Shown: in pieces, positions 37,885 to 48,265 of the stretch
Numbering within the stretch: position 1 is the stretch's first letter
Layout: the number at the start of each line of letters is the position of its first letter
Source of the DNA: a bacterium
GTDB lineage: Bacteria; SZUA-182; DTGQ01
Assembly: GCA_040752695.1 (NCBI GenBank)
Contig: JBFMGO010000017.1
Span: 5,048 to 69,047 of the forward strand
Length of the DNA: 64,000 nt
Direction of reading: 5' to 3'
Notes under the pieces: generated by a model
The model's input: only the letters and a program-made list of their open reading frames with translations
What the model was told of the DNA's origin: nothing
Databases searched by the model: none
Position numbers and translations under genes: made by a program

Positions 37885-40800
37885 ATGACCACTGTTGCGC
37901 CATCCATTACCTATCTAAAGACATCTATTACCCGCATTCTGAATGCACGTGACACTGTTGTCGGGGGCGGATTCCTGATATCAGAAAAGCATGTGCTCAC
38001 CTGTGCCCACGTGGTTGCCCAGGCTCTGGGTATCCCGGCCAATACGCATGAGCGGCCAGATATTCAGGTCAATCTCGATTTTCCCTTTCCTTCCAGGCCG
38101 AGAGGTTTCCCTTCAGGGAGAATTACCGCTCGGGTAATTCACTGGTGGCCGGCGGTATCCAGCCCGCCAGCCTATGGAACTGACATCGCTGTTTTAGAAC
38201 TCGAATCCGGGATCCCGTCTGGAGCTCGGTTCAGCCGCCTGATAGCCGCAGATGCAGATGATTTATGGGGACATCGATGCTGGACCTTTGGTTTCCCCCC
38301 CGGAGGAGATGGTGATAGCGGTGTGTGGGCTTCGGGGATAGTACGAGCAGAACAAGCCAGGGGCCGGGTCCAGATGGAGGCCGCGGGAGACACCGGCTTC
38401 CCTGTGATGCAAGGATTCAGTGGCACTCCTGTATGGGATGACGAAGGTGGAGTAAAGGGTATTGTCGGTATGATCGCAGAGATTGTACCCATGCCCGACA
38501 CCTGGGTTGCCTTCTTTATCCCTGCCACCCACCTGATTGAGGTCTCGCCCGAGTTGAATGAGCGGGCTATCCCGCCCTGCCCTTATCGCGGCCTGCAGTC
38601 CTTCCGGGAAAAGGATTCATCCTTCTTCTTTGGTCGTGAGGAGGTTACGGAGCGATTGCGGGAGGGTGTGCATCGTAATCCATTAACCGCTGTATTAGGT
38701 CCATCGGCCAGCGGCAAATCCTCGGTAGTCTTTGCCGGTCTTATCCCCTCTTTGCGCCGTGAAAAGAAGTGGCTCATTGTCTCTATGCGTCCCGAAAGCC
38801 GTCCTTTCCATGCTCTGGCCGCAGCACTCGTTGCAGTGCTGGGTTCCCCGATAAGTCCTGCAAAACGGTTGATTGAAGCTAAAACCCTGGCTCAGGAGCT
38901 CCGTGATGGAAGTATTACCCTCCAGGATATTGTGGAAGAAGTGGTACGGGAAAGGGAAGGATTTCGCGTGCTCCTCGTTATCGATCAGTTCGAGGAGCTG
39001 TTCACCCTCTGTCAGGAAGGAGAGATTCGCCGACAATTTCTCGATCAGCTGCTGGCGGCCATACGAACCACACCTCATCAGCACAGGTTGCGGTTTACCC
39101 TGCTCTTTACTCTCCGTGCCGACTTTTTAGGTCATGTACTCTCTTACCGCCCCTTAGCCGATGCCTTACAGCATGCTGACCTGAAACTTGGCCCAATGAC
39201 GCTTCAGGAATTGCGAAGCACGATCGAGATGCCAGCCCGCAAGCGGAAGGTAAAGATTGAAGATGGCTTAACCGAGCGTATTCTCGATGCGGTAAGCCGA
39301 TCGCCGGGCAATCTGGCCCTGATCGAGTTTGCCCTGACCATGCTCTGGGAAAAGCAGAAAAACCGCCAACTGACGCACGCAGCCTACGATGAAATCGGCG
39401 GTGTCGAAAAGGCTCTGGCCAGCTACGCACTGGAGGTTTTCAGTTGCTTCACGAAGGAGGAACAGGAAAGAATACACAGGATTTTTATCCAGTTGGTACA
39501 TCCCGGTGAAGGGACAGAGGATACCCGCTCTCTGGCCTCCCGCGCTGAGGTAGGGGAAGAAAACTGGGATCTGATAACCCGTTTGACTGATACCCGCCTG
39601 CTGGTAAGTGGACATCACGAGGCAACCGGCGAAGAAACGGTAGAAATCGTACACGAGGCACTGATCAAAGAATGGAGCAGCCTGCGGGAATGGATGGAGG
39701 CTGACCGGATTTTCCGCACCTGGCAGGAGAGACTTCGGGCAGCAATGCATCAGTGGGAAGCCAGCGGCACGGATGAGGGAGCCTTGATGCGGGGTGCTCC
39801 CCTGGTAGAGGCCGAAGATTGGCTCCTGAAGCGCCGGAGTGATCTGCGTGAGGATGAGCGGATCTTTATTGAGGCTGGTTTGACACTGCGGGAGCGGGAG
39901 AGAACGGAGCGCGAGCGCCTGCGCAGGCGTATCACCTTCGGGATTACGGCAGGTCTGGTCATGGCTCTGATTCTGGCCGGGTTTGCCGGGCTGCAATGGT
40001 GGCGTACCGAAAGGCAACACCAAATGACTCTTGCCAGTAAGTTGGCTGCCCAGGCTGAACTCACTATGAAGCAGCGGGCGCATTTGTTGCCGCGCAGTGT
40101 TCTTCTCGCCGTAGAGTCTATGCGGCGGTATCCTTCTCTTGAGGCGGATCAGGTATTGCGGCATGGATTGTCTTTGCTTCCCCGGCCTGTCATTCATCAA
40201 AACAAGATCATGAGGCATGAGAGCGAGGTGACCGATGTCGTTTTCAGCCCAGATGGGAGATATCTGGCCTCAGCGGGCAGGGATCATACCGCCCGGATCT
40301 GGGATGCGGCCAACGGCAGGGAAATTGCCTGCCTGAAGCACGACTGGCATGTTACCGCTATAACCTTCAGCCCGGATGCACACGATGCTCATTATCTCCA
40401 CTATCTGGCCACGGCCAGCGATGATCATACCGCAAGACTGTGGGAGGTCCCTGGCGGCAGGGAAAAGGCCCGCCTGATCCACCATGACAATGTGAACGCC
40501 GTAGCCTTCAGTCCTGATGCGCAGTATCTGGCTACAGCCAGTGATGACCATACGGTTAAGCTCTGGAGGATTTCCGGCGGGCAGGAGGACGCTGGCCGGG
40601 AGTACGCTGGAGGGGAGGATGCTAGCAGGGAGGATGCTGGCAGGGAGGATGCTGGCCAGGAGATCGTTGGTCGTGAGGTCAGGTGTTTGTCCCATGAGGA
40701 CAGGGTAACTGTCATAGCCTTTAGTCCGGATGGGAACTATCTGGCTACAGGCAGTGACGATCACACGGCCAGGCTGTGGGAGACAGGCAGCGGTAAGGAA

Positions 40801-43707
40801 GTATGCTGCATGCGCCATCGGGGCAGAGTGACAGCCGTAGCCTTTAGTCCATGCGGAGAATATCTGGCCACAGCAAGTTCAGACCATAGCGCGCGAGTAT
40901 GGAAGAAGAGCTGTGGTCAGAGTGTTGTTCTCACGGGCAAGCCGGATACAGGGGTACCGGATATGGGGGTATTTGATACAGGGGTACCGGATAAAGGAGG
41001 AGTGGATAGGGAGGGAGAGAAGACAGAAGGAGAAAAAATAGAGGGAGAGGAGACAGAAGGTGAGAACATAGGGGGAGAGAAGACAGAAGGTGAGAACATA
41101 GAGGGAGAGAAGACAGAAGGAGAAAAAATAGGTGGAGAGAAGACAGAAGGAGAGACGGTAGAGATAGAGGAGATTGCCCGTATGAACCATGATGAGCAGG
41201 TAACCGCGCTTGCCTTCAGCCCGGATGGCCGATATCTGGCTACAGGAGGTGGAAACTGCACTGCCCAGGTGTGGGAAGCACTCAGTGGACGGCTGGTCAG
41301 CCGACTGGTCCACGAGGGCAAAGTGACCTGCCTGGTATTCAGTCCTGATGGGAAATACCTGACCACTGCCGGTGAGGATTGTACGGCCAAAATGTGGGAG
41401 ACAAACAGCGGGGAGGAAGTCATCCGCCTGGCTCATGAGGATGCGGTGACAGCCGTCACCTTCAGCCAGGATGGCCACTATCTGGCTACAGCCGGCAAAG
41501 ATCATACCATACGCATGTGGGAGGCAACCAGTTGGCGGAAAAACGCCCGGATGATCCACGAAGGGATGGTGACTCATGCAGCTTTCAGCCCGGATGGGAA
41601 GTATCTGGCTACTGTCGGCTCGGATTGCACGGCCAGGTTCTGGGATATACCCGGTTGCAGCGAAATCACTCGCCTGAAACATGCCTGGCCCATAATGTGT
41701 GCAGTCTTCAGCCCGGCTGGCCGATACCTGGCCACAGCCAGTGGTGATCATACCGCCCGCGTGTGGGAAATACCCGGCGGCCGGGAGACTGGCCGACTGG
41801 TCCACAGGCAGGGTGTGGGCGTATATGGCGTGGTTTTTAGCCCGGATGGGAAGTATCTGGCCACTGCCAGTTCAGACCTCACGATTCGGGTCTGGAAAAT
41901 GAGTAGTGGCCGGAGCGTATCCAGTATCTTGCCGGGTGGAGAGGTGACAGCTCTTGGTTTCAGCCGGGACAGCCGCTATCTGGCTGCCGCCGTGAATGAG
42001 CAACCTGTTCAGGTGTGGGAGGTAACCAGCGGCAGAAAAATCCCCCGGCTCATGAACCAGGCCCAAGTAGGGGATGGGATGGCTGGAGGAAATATGGATG
42101 GAGGGAATATGGCTGAGGGGGATATAACTGAAGGGGGCATGCCAGAGGGGAATATGGATGGAGAGGACATAGCCGGCGGAAATATGGCTGGCGGGAGTAC
42201 GGATGGCGGGAATATGACTGGAGGGAGTACGGATAGAGGGAGTATGGCTGAGGATGACACTTCCTTTGTCCATCTCATCCGCCTGGATCACGACAGGAAA
42301 GCCATAACTGTCGCTCTCAGCCCACTCAACCCACTCAGCCATGGGAAAGCAGTGACTGTCACACTCAGCCCCGGAGGCCGGTATCTGGCCACTGCCGATA
42401 ATAGCCCGGCTGTCTCAGTGCAGGAGGTGAGCAGTGGCAGGGAAGTCGCTCAGGTGACCCATACCTGGGACGTGACTGGCCTTGCCTACAGTCCGGACGG
42501 GAAATACGTAGCCACATCCAGCGATGACTGCACAGTCCGGGTGTGGGAAGCACCCGGTGGCCGGGAAATTGCTCTCCTGCGCCATGAGGGGCAGGTCAAA
42601 GCTTTTGCCTTCAGCCCGGATGGGAAATATCTGACCAGCGCCGCCCAGGGGAGCCCCACTGTACAGATGTGGGAAGCTGCTCATGGACGGGAAGTTACAT
42701 CCATGACCATGACTCATAACGTCCAGGTAAACTCTCTCGTCTTCAGTCCTTGCGGGCACTATCTGGCTGCGGCAGATGATGACCGGACAGTACGGATATG
42801 GAAAATGACCGATCAAACCGGTCAAATAGGAAAGATAAGCAGTCGGACAGGGAAGACGGCCGGTGGCCAGAAACCGGATTCCAACCGGATGGGGAAGAGA
42901 AAGATACCCGGAGATCAGCAGCCGCTTTCCAGCCGGACAGGGAAGATGTCCGGTAGCCAGCAGCCGCTTTCCGTAGGTCAGGCACCTGTATCTATAATGG
43001 CCAGTGGCCAGCAGCCGCTTTCCGTAGATCAGGCACCTGTATCTGTGTCCATGATGTCCAGTGGCCGGCAGCCTGTATCCATACATCATGAGAGCCAGGT
43101 GAAAGCCCTTGCCTTCAGTCCGGACGGGAAATACCTGGCCACAGCCGATGGAGACCGTAAAGTATGGCTATGGGAAACAGGCACTGGCCGGGAAATTGCC
43201 TGTATGCTTCAGGCGGCGGGCATCAACAGCATTGCTTTCAGCCCGAACGCAAAATATCTGGCCACTGCCAGCAGTGATCAAACCGTATGGGTATGGAAAG
43301 TGCCCGGCGGGCAGGAAGTTTCCCGCCTTGCTCACGAGGGCTCGGTATATGCAATCGGTTTCAGCCCTGATGGAGAATATTTAGCCACGGCTACTTCAGC
43401 CCATACCGCCTGGGTATGGAAAGCAGCCACAGGACGGAAAGTTGCCTGCATGTCCCATGCAGCAGAGATATATGCCATTGTCTTCAGCCCGGATGGGAAA
43501 TATCTGGCCACAGCCAGTGAAGATCACACGGCACAGGTTTGGCTCTGGCGGCCAGAGGACATGATCGCCGAAGCCTGCACTCGCCTTGACTGCAATCTCA
43601 CTCCGCAGGAGTGGTCCCAGTATCTGGAGAATGAGCCATACCGCAAGACCTGCCCGGATATATCTTGTCCTGCCCCGAATTCATCATTGCCTCACCCGCC
43701 GCCATAA
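37885..43707 (+). CDS. Trypsin-like serine protease + STAND (nSTAND1-like) NTPase + TM helix + long WD40 array
   Basis: Catalytic triad TCAH / DIAVL / GFSG. CPYRGLQSF..FFGRE, Walker A GPSASGKSS, Walker B LLVIDQFEELF, LRADF, VEIVHEALI. About 20 WD40 repeats (FSPDGKYLATAS.D.T.R.W). Confidence 0.93.
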   Translation: MTTVAPSITYLKTSITRILNARDTVVGGGFLISEKHVLTCAHVVAQALGIPANTHERPDIQVNLDFPFPSRPRGFPSGRITARVIHWWPAVSSPPAYGTDIAVLELESGIPSGARFSRLIAADADDLWGHRCWTFGFPPGGDGDSGVWASGIVRAEQARGRVQMEAAGDTGFPVMQGFSGTPVWDDEGGVKGIVGMIAEIVPMPDTWVAFFIPATHLIEVSPELNERAIPPCPYRGLQSFREKDSSFFFGREEVTERLREGVHRNPLTAVLGPSASGKSSVVFAGLIPSLRREKKWLIVSMRPESRPFHALAAALVAVLGSPISPAKRLIEAKTLAQELRDGSITLQDIVEEVVREREGFRVLLVIDQFEELFTLCQEGEIRRQFLDQLLAAIRTTPHQHRLRFTLLFTLRADFLGHVLSYRPLADALQHADLKLGPMTLQELRSTIEMPARKRKVKIEDGLTERILDAVSRSPGNLALIEFALTMLWEKQKNRQLTHAAYDEIGGVEKALASYALEVFSCFTKEEQERIHRIFIQLVHPGEGTEDTRSLASRAEVGEENWDLITRLTDTRLLVSGHHEATGEETVEIVHEALIKEWSSLREWMEADRIFRTWQERLRAAMHQWEASGTDEGALMRGAPLVEAEDWLLKRRSDLREDERIFIEAGLTLRERERTERERLRRRITFGITAGLVMALILAGFAGLQWWRTERQHQMTLASKLAAQAELTMKQRAHLLPRSVLLAVESMRRYPSLEADQVLRHGLSLLPRPVIHQNKIMRHESEVTDVVFSPDGRYLASAGRDHTARIWDAANGREIACLKHDWHVTAITFSPDAHDAHYLHYLATASDDHTARLWEVPGGREKARLIHHDNVNAVAFSPDAQYLATASDDHTVKLWRISGGQEDAGREYAGGEDASREDAGREDAGQEIVGREVRCLSHEDRVTVIAFSPDGNYLATGSDDHTARLWETGSGKEVCCMRHRGRVTAVAFSPCGEYLATASSDHSARVWKKSCGQSVVLTGKPDTGVPDMGVFDTGVPDKGGVDREGEKTEGEKIEGEETEGENIGGEKTEGENIEGEKTEGEKIGGEKTEGETVEIEEIARMNHDEQVTALAFSPDGRYLATGGGNCTAQVWEALSGRLVSRLVHEGKVTCLVFSPDGKYLTTAGEDCTAKMWETNSGEEVIRLAHEDAVTAVTFSQDGHYLATAGKDHTIRMWEATSWRKNARMIHEGMVTHAAFSPDGKYLATVGSDCTARFWDIPGCSEITRLKHAWPIMCAVFSPAGRYLATASGDHTARVWEIPGGRETGRLVHRQGVGVYGVVFSPDGKYLATASSDLTIRVWKMSSGRSVSSILPGGEVTALGFSRDSRYLAAAVNEQPVQVWEVTSGRKIPRLMNQAQVGDGMAGGNMDGGNMAEGDITEGGMPEGNMDGEDIAGGNMAGGSTDGGNMTGGSTDRGSMAEDDTSFVHLIRLDHDRKAITVALSPLNPLSHGKAVTVTLSPGGRYLATADNSPAVSVQEVSSGREVAQVTHTWDVTGLAYSPDGKYVATSSDDCTVRVWEAPGGREIALLRHEGQVKAFAFSPDGKYLTSAAQGSPTVQMWEAAHGREVTSMTMTHNVQVNSLVFSPCGHYLAAADDDRTVRIWKMTDQTGQIGKISSRTGKTAGGQKPDSNRMGKRKIPGDQQPLSSRTGKMSGSQQPLSVGQAPVSIMASGQQPLSVDQAPVSVSMMSSGRQPVSIHHESQVKALAFSPDGKYLATADGDRKVWLWETGTGREIACMLQAAGINSIAFSPNAKYLATASSDQTVWVWKVPGGQEVSRLAHEGSVYAIGFSPDGEYLATATSAHTAWVWKAATGRKVACMSHAAEIYAIVFSPDGKYLATASEDHTAQVWLWRPEDMIAEACTRLDCNLTPQEWSQYLENEPYRKTCPDISCPAPNSSLPHPPP

Positions 43708-43844
43708 CAATCCCCGGCTTCTGCACTTCCTGGAAGCAACCGGGCGGGCCGGGCATCCCTCGCCTGATAACTCCAAAGATCCCTTCACATTAAGCAGTTC
43801 CACAGAAAAACTGCTTTCTTTTCATGAGGTTATTATCAAATTCC

Positions 43845-43957
43845 GTAAGTTCTCAATAAGTTCGGGTAAAATTGAGTTTTTAAAAATATGAATACCATAA
43901 TTTCAACAGGTTACACTAACCGATATTGCTATTTACCTCAACTTTTTGAGAAGTTAC
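43845..43957. mobile_element. 113-bp MITE with 26-bp TIRs and 8-bp target duplication
   Basis: Left GTAAGTTCTCAATAAGTTCGGGTAAA vs reverse complement of right end GTAACTTCTCAAAAAGTTGAGGTAAA (22 of 26 match). CAAATTCC at 43837-43844 and 43958-43965. Confidence 0.85.
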
Positions 43958-44110
43958 CAAATTCCGCCCCCAGGAAAAAAAATCTCTGAAAATTTTCCTC
44001 ATTACATGCTCTTTAGTTTTTAGAAGGAGTGATAAGAAATAAAAACAAATTTTATTCGCTCTCATATAGCAGATACCAGAAAAGAGGTGTATTATGTTGT
44101 ATAAAGAGGT

Positions 44111-45494
44111 TTGAGTATCTTATCTACCTATGCCTGCTCTACACTGAAATTAGACGGCTATACTTGGGATCGTTGGGGTACCGTTTTAACAGGGGGGTTA
44201 CGTTATCTAACCGGTGCTGATGGTTCTGTATATAATAGGGAAAACGTAGGAATGGATTATGCAGCGGGGTTGCAGAATGGATTGGTGATCAAGAATGCAT
44301 GGAAGGATGCTCTCATAACTCGCATAACATCTTCGCCTAATCATGCTGTGGCTATAGCCACTGGTAGGACATCGAGTGAATGCGTGACCCGTCGTGATAC
44401 GATGACATGGAAGAATTATTCCAGTTTCGCACGTCTAAAAGATAGTAATATTCGGTATTACTGTTGGTCCCATTTGGATAATCTTACTAGTAGTTTACAA
44501 GCTAGTCCTGCCAGGATAACAAAAGAGATACTTCCCCTTTTGACAAGAGAGGAGGGGCCTGGAATGAAGCAGATGACTGACAATCTATTGCAGAATTTTC
44601 AAAATTCGTCCAAAGCTATTACAACAGGAGGAAACGTGGACTTCGATATTGATGAAGACAGAATATGGGTTAATGGTGAGGGATGGCATCTTATTGTTTA
44701 CAAGGACGGTACGAATGTACGCTACAGAAATTATGGGTATCAGGAACGTATACCTAAATCCCAAAAAGCCACTGGCAAAGTTCCTGAAAACAAACTGGAA
44801 GCTTTAGGGAGGAAATTTATAGCTCAAGAACTTGCACCATACTATTAAGCTAGGCAAAAATGAGAAGATCATCCCACTTCGAGTAAGCTATGAAATTGTA
44901 GGTTCTGGGCGTGTTGATAGTGACGAAATCGAAAGCGAGGATGTGGCAGGAAGTATAGTTTTCTTTACCCGAGTGGTGGATGGGATTGAGATATTAGGAG
45001 GAGGTTCCGTGATCGCTGTACTTTTTGCCAGTGACTTAACTCCAATAGGGTTCGATTTTGACTGGTCATCATACAATACAACTAACAAAGTTCAGGAGAT
45101 AGCTGGGTTATCTGAAGTCTATGGGCGAGTGTCAGCACTATCAACTCTTAAAAATGAGGCAGATAAAATCGAATTCAAGAGGGTTGATTTTGGATATTAT
45201 GACCCTGGTGTTAGGGACCGTGATCCCATGGCTTATGTCCAACCGTCAGTAGCTATCGATTATGTTGCCGAGTTTGGGGCTAAGAATGATGAGAAAGATC
45301 CCGATTTACAGGAAGAAACTTATACTACCGCTGCTTACGTAGATTACATCCCTATAGGTAGAACAGTGGAAGAAGATACTATGTGGCCACAGGCCATTCA
45401 ACTCAGGAATGAAGGTGATCAAAGCGTTGATTCAAAACTTTCTCATGCATTACCGCTCGACAGACTTATTCAGGGCTTAGGCATTGAGGATTAA
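44111..45494 (+). pseudogene. Degraded gene pair: headless C-terminal fragment (possibly DUF6345-like) fused to a second, frameshifted gene
   Basis: TTG start without RBS, beginning mid-domain (YACSTL...DRW...GGLRYLTG...IKNAW). The second reading frame breaks at about 44843 (LAPY / IKLGKNE) and continues to 45494. Confidence 0.5.
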
Positions 45495-45504
45495 AAAGAG
45501 AATT

Positions 45505-45700
45505 GAGGGAGCTCCAGACCAGGCCATGGACCTAGCGGCTGTTCCAAGGGGTGGATTGGTTAGGGACGATGGTGGCAAATGAGCCCGGCAAGTAGTGAGC
45601 CACCTCGCCCCCCCACGGAACCTTTGCCTCCCACACAAACAAAACGCTGTGTGGGAGGCAAAGACTTATAACCAATGGTGCCGGTTTGAAGGATTGACAA
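45505..45700 (+). ncRNA. Structured non-coding element, possibly the orphan non-coding end of an IS110-family element
   Basis: GC-rich island in AT-rich DNA. Nested stems GTTCC..GTGG/CCAC.GGAAC and GGTGGC/GCCACC, perfect 16-bp hairpin at 45622-45663, ends in TTGACA. Family assignment is recollection only. Confidence 0.42.
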
Positions 45701-45757
45701 ACTGTTCTGGTCAAGTCTGCAAAGAACAGTTGTTAAAATAAAATTAATAATTTTTAT

Positions 45758-45787
45758 TTGACACAGAAGATTATATAAGTATATATT
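45758..45787 (+). promoter_or_regulatory. Putative sigma70 promoter of the 46058-58753 operon
   Basis: TTGACA-N18-TATATT with an AT-rich upstream region. Confidence 0.45.
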
Positions 45788-45905
45788 ATTAATATAAGTT
45801 TATAATTATTTATAGTTAGATTAATTATAAAGGGAGTTTTATAAATGGCAACAGATCAAACTCTTTCAACTACTATGGCCGTTTTCAGTTGTATATGCTC
45901 CATAT

Positions 45906-45957
45906 AATTCCTGGTATTCCTGCTATTCCTTGTATCCCTGCTATTCGTGGTATTCCT
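45906..45957. repeat. 9-bp intergenic tandem repeat (about 6 imperfect copies)
   Basis: TATTCCTG(G/C)-like units: AATTCCTGG TATTCCTGC TATTCCTTG TATCCCTGC TATTCGTGG TATTCCT. Confidence 0.75.
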
Positions 45958-46057
45958 CTGTCGTTTAGAACATATAGTATTCCAGTCAAGTGAAAATCGT
46001 TATAAGAGCCTGCCCGAAAAGTTTTAAGAAGCTCCCTCAATACAATGAGAGTTTGTC

Positions 46058-48265
46058 ATGATCCAATTCAGGCGATCCCGAACAGGTCGTTTCATAGCTG
46101 CACTTTTGTCCTTTTTTCTCTACCTTTTCGGCTGTGCACCTTCCCAACCTAAAGTTTGCCTTAAAGATGGGCAGCAATACTGTGTCACCTCGGAGTGGGC
46201 TCATCGCGCTACCTGGGATGCCTGCTATCAGCGTGGGCTCAATTGTGAAGAGGGAGAATGCTGGGAGTATGCGATTGAAGAATTCCAGCAGGCAATTGCC
46301 CTTCGCTTTAAAGATAAAAGAAATGTGAGAGCTTACGGGCTTCATTTTCTGGATGAATACTTTCCCCACCGGGAACTGGGAATCTGCTATTTCCATTTGG
46401 GAAGGATCGAGGATGCTTTGAAGGAACTGGAGATGTCCAGAAGGCAGACTCCTTCGGCCAGGGCTAACTACTACTTGAATCAAGTCCATCGGGCTCATCT
46501 TCTGGCTACTGGCAAGGACAGCGCTTTACCAGTCATCCGGCTGGAGTTGCCTGATAAAGAACATCTGACTAACCGAACCCCTTTTATAATTCAGGGGACT
46601 GTCGAGGACGATGAGTTTGTGTCTGCTATTTCGATCAACCATACCCCTGTTTTCATCGAATCAGCCCAGCCGGTCATTCCCTTCACTTTCTCTGCTGATC
46701 TGGAAGAGGGATGGAATGCTATTAAAGTTACCGCCACGGATCTGGTTGACCGGCAGGACCAAAAGAGTATCCGGATCTACCTGGATCAACAGGGGCCACT
46801 GGTAATAACCAAACCTGTTTGGGGAGAGCAAAGTGGAGGAGGGAGGCATGGTTCTCAGATAACCTTAACTGCCCTTGTCTTTGATCACTCCGGCATCGTC
46901 TCCTTTCGGCTTAATGACCAGGAAGTGCCAAGAGCAGGTCTTGATCAGCTCTGGTTGATTGAAGAAACCATCTCCCCCGCCGTGGAAATAGAGAGCATAC
47001 CCTTTAGTGCCCAGGATCGGGCTGGAAATATCACCAGAGGAGTGATTTACCTCCGCCCCGGCCGGCGGAGGTCCAGGCTGGCCATGCGGATGGCCTGTTT
47101 AGGTCCTGTCAATTCCTGGACCGATGTGGCGGCCCTGAGCCGAGATGAAGAGAAAGAGGAAAAGGAAGAGGGAGAGGGAGAGAATATTGTATTCAACATT
47201 GTCTCCCCGCCGCAGGAGGATTTGAAAACCTATTACCAGGAGATCTTTCTGGAAGGTGAGATTGAAGCCCAATACGGGATACGGAGAATTAAACTCAATG
47301 GTAAGGAGTTATCTCACGGGAAAGCGATAGAAGAGGTATTTGAAGATAATCTGCCGGAACTTGTCCGGGAACTCAGGGAGAAAAACCGGGACACTGAAGC
47401 ACTGATACAAACAGCCTATACTATTCTTGGAGGGCACGGCAGCTACTATCTCAATCAAACGATCCCTCTGAGAGACAAACTCACCACCATAGTCCTCAGG
47501 GCGGAGGATAATGCCGGGAATGAGAGGTCAGAGCAGTTTCGTATCCGGAAAATCGAGCGAGAGGAAGTTTTTAAAAGTGAAGAGCGCATGTGCCTGGCCA
47601 TTATTCCCTTCAATGTTGAAGCGGGTAACTATGGTTACCGGGATGAGATTAGCATTGAGCGAATCAGGGACAAGCTGTTAAAAAATTTCGTTCAGCAAGG
47701 ACGTTTCAACCTGTTGGAGCAGGAGAAACTTCCCTGGAATCTGATTGAAAAGGCATATCATACCGGAAAGATGTGCGCTGAAGAGGTTGTCCGGCAAATC
47801 GGTGAGAGCACCTTGGCCGAAGGTGTCATCTGTGGGAGTGTCCGAAGATGGATGGATGGAATCGAGATCAAGGCCTGGGTCCGGGAGACAGAGAAGGGCC
47901 GGGCGATTATCCCCCTCCAGGATGTCTTTACTCCTGTTAATAATGAAAAAAACCGGGAGGTCATCATCTCAGGTCTGGCTATGAAGTTCCGTGACTCTTT
48001 CCCCATATGTCAGGGGAAAATTACCAAAGTTGGTCAAGGAGGGGAAAGCATCCTCGTGGACATTGGGTCGGAAATCTGCACTGGTATCCGTGCCGGTATG
48101 ATGTACAACGTCTTTCTCGACGAGCGGGAACTGATCGATAAGGCCAGGATAGAGAAGGTGGAAGAGAGCGAATCTGAAGCCAGATTTTCAAGGGGCGAGA
48201 GGAAAGAGGAGAAAGTTGAGGATATGGGAGGAATAGCGAAGGAATATCAGGTAAGGACACGGTAG
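46058..48265 (+). CDS. Lipoprotein with TPR, Ig-like domains and a C-terminal CsgG/FlgT-like alpha/beta domain
   Basis: Lipobox LFGC. TPR YFPHRELGICYFHLGRIEDALKELE. Ig motifs (LEEGWNAIKVTATD, AQDRAGN, AEDNAGN). LAIIPF...GRFNLLEQE...AEGVICGSV. Confidence 0.75.
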   Translation: MIQFRRSRTGRFIAALLSFFLYLFGCAPSQPKVCLKDGQQYCVTSEWAHRATWDACYQRGLNCEEGECWEYAIEEFQQAIALRFKDKRNVRAYGLHFLDEYFPHRELGICYFHLGRIEDALKELEMSRRQTPSARANYYLNQVHRAHLLATGKDSALPVIRLELPDKEHLTNRTPFIIQGTVEDDEFVSAISINHTPVFIESAQPVIPFTFSADLEEGWNAIKVTATDLVDRQDQKSIRIYLDQQGPLVITKPVWGEQSGGGRHGSQITLTALVFDHSGIVSFRLNDQEVPRAGLDQLWLIEETISPAVEIESIPFSAQDRAGNITRGVIYLRPGRRRSRLAMRMACLGPVNSWTDVAALSRDEEKEEKEEGEGENIVFNIVSPPQEDLKTYYQEIFLEGEIEAQYGIRRIKLNGKELSHGKAIEEVFEDNLPELVRELREKNRDTEALIQTAYTILGGHGSYYLNQTIPLRDKLTTIVLRAEDNAGNERSEQFRIRKIEREEVFKSEERMCLAIIPFNVEAGNYGYRDEISIERIRDKLLKNFVQQGRFNLLEQEKLPWNLIEKAYHTGKMCAEEVVRQIGESTLAEGVICGSVRRWMDGIEIKAWVRETEKGRAIIPLQDVFTPVNNEKNREVIISGLAMKFRDSFPICQGKITKVGQGGESILVDIGSEICTGIRAGMMYNVFLDERELIDKARIEKVEESESEARFSRGERKEEKVEDMGGIAKEYQVRTR

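Noticed and set aside
39268-43089. Diversity-generating retroelement acting on the WD40 repeats
   Set aside because: No reverse transcriptase and no template/variable repeat pair with adenine-specific differences seen.
45622-45663. Rho-independent terminator
   Set aside because: Strong stem but no U-tract on either strand; treated as part of the larger structured element.
46003-46025. TAAGAGCCTGCCCGAAAAGT, resembling an IS terminal repeat
   Set aside because: No partner end or target duplication found nearby.
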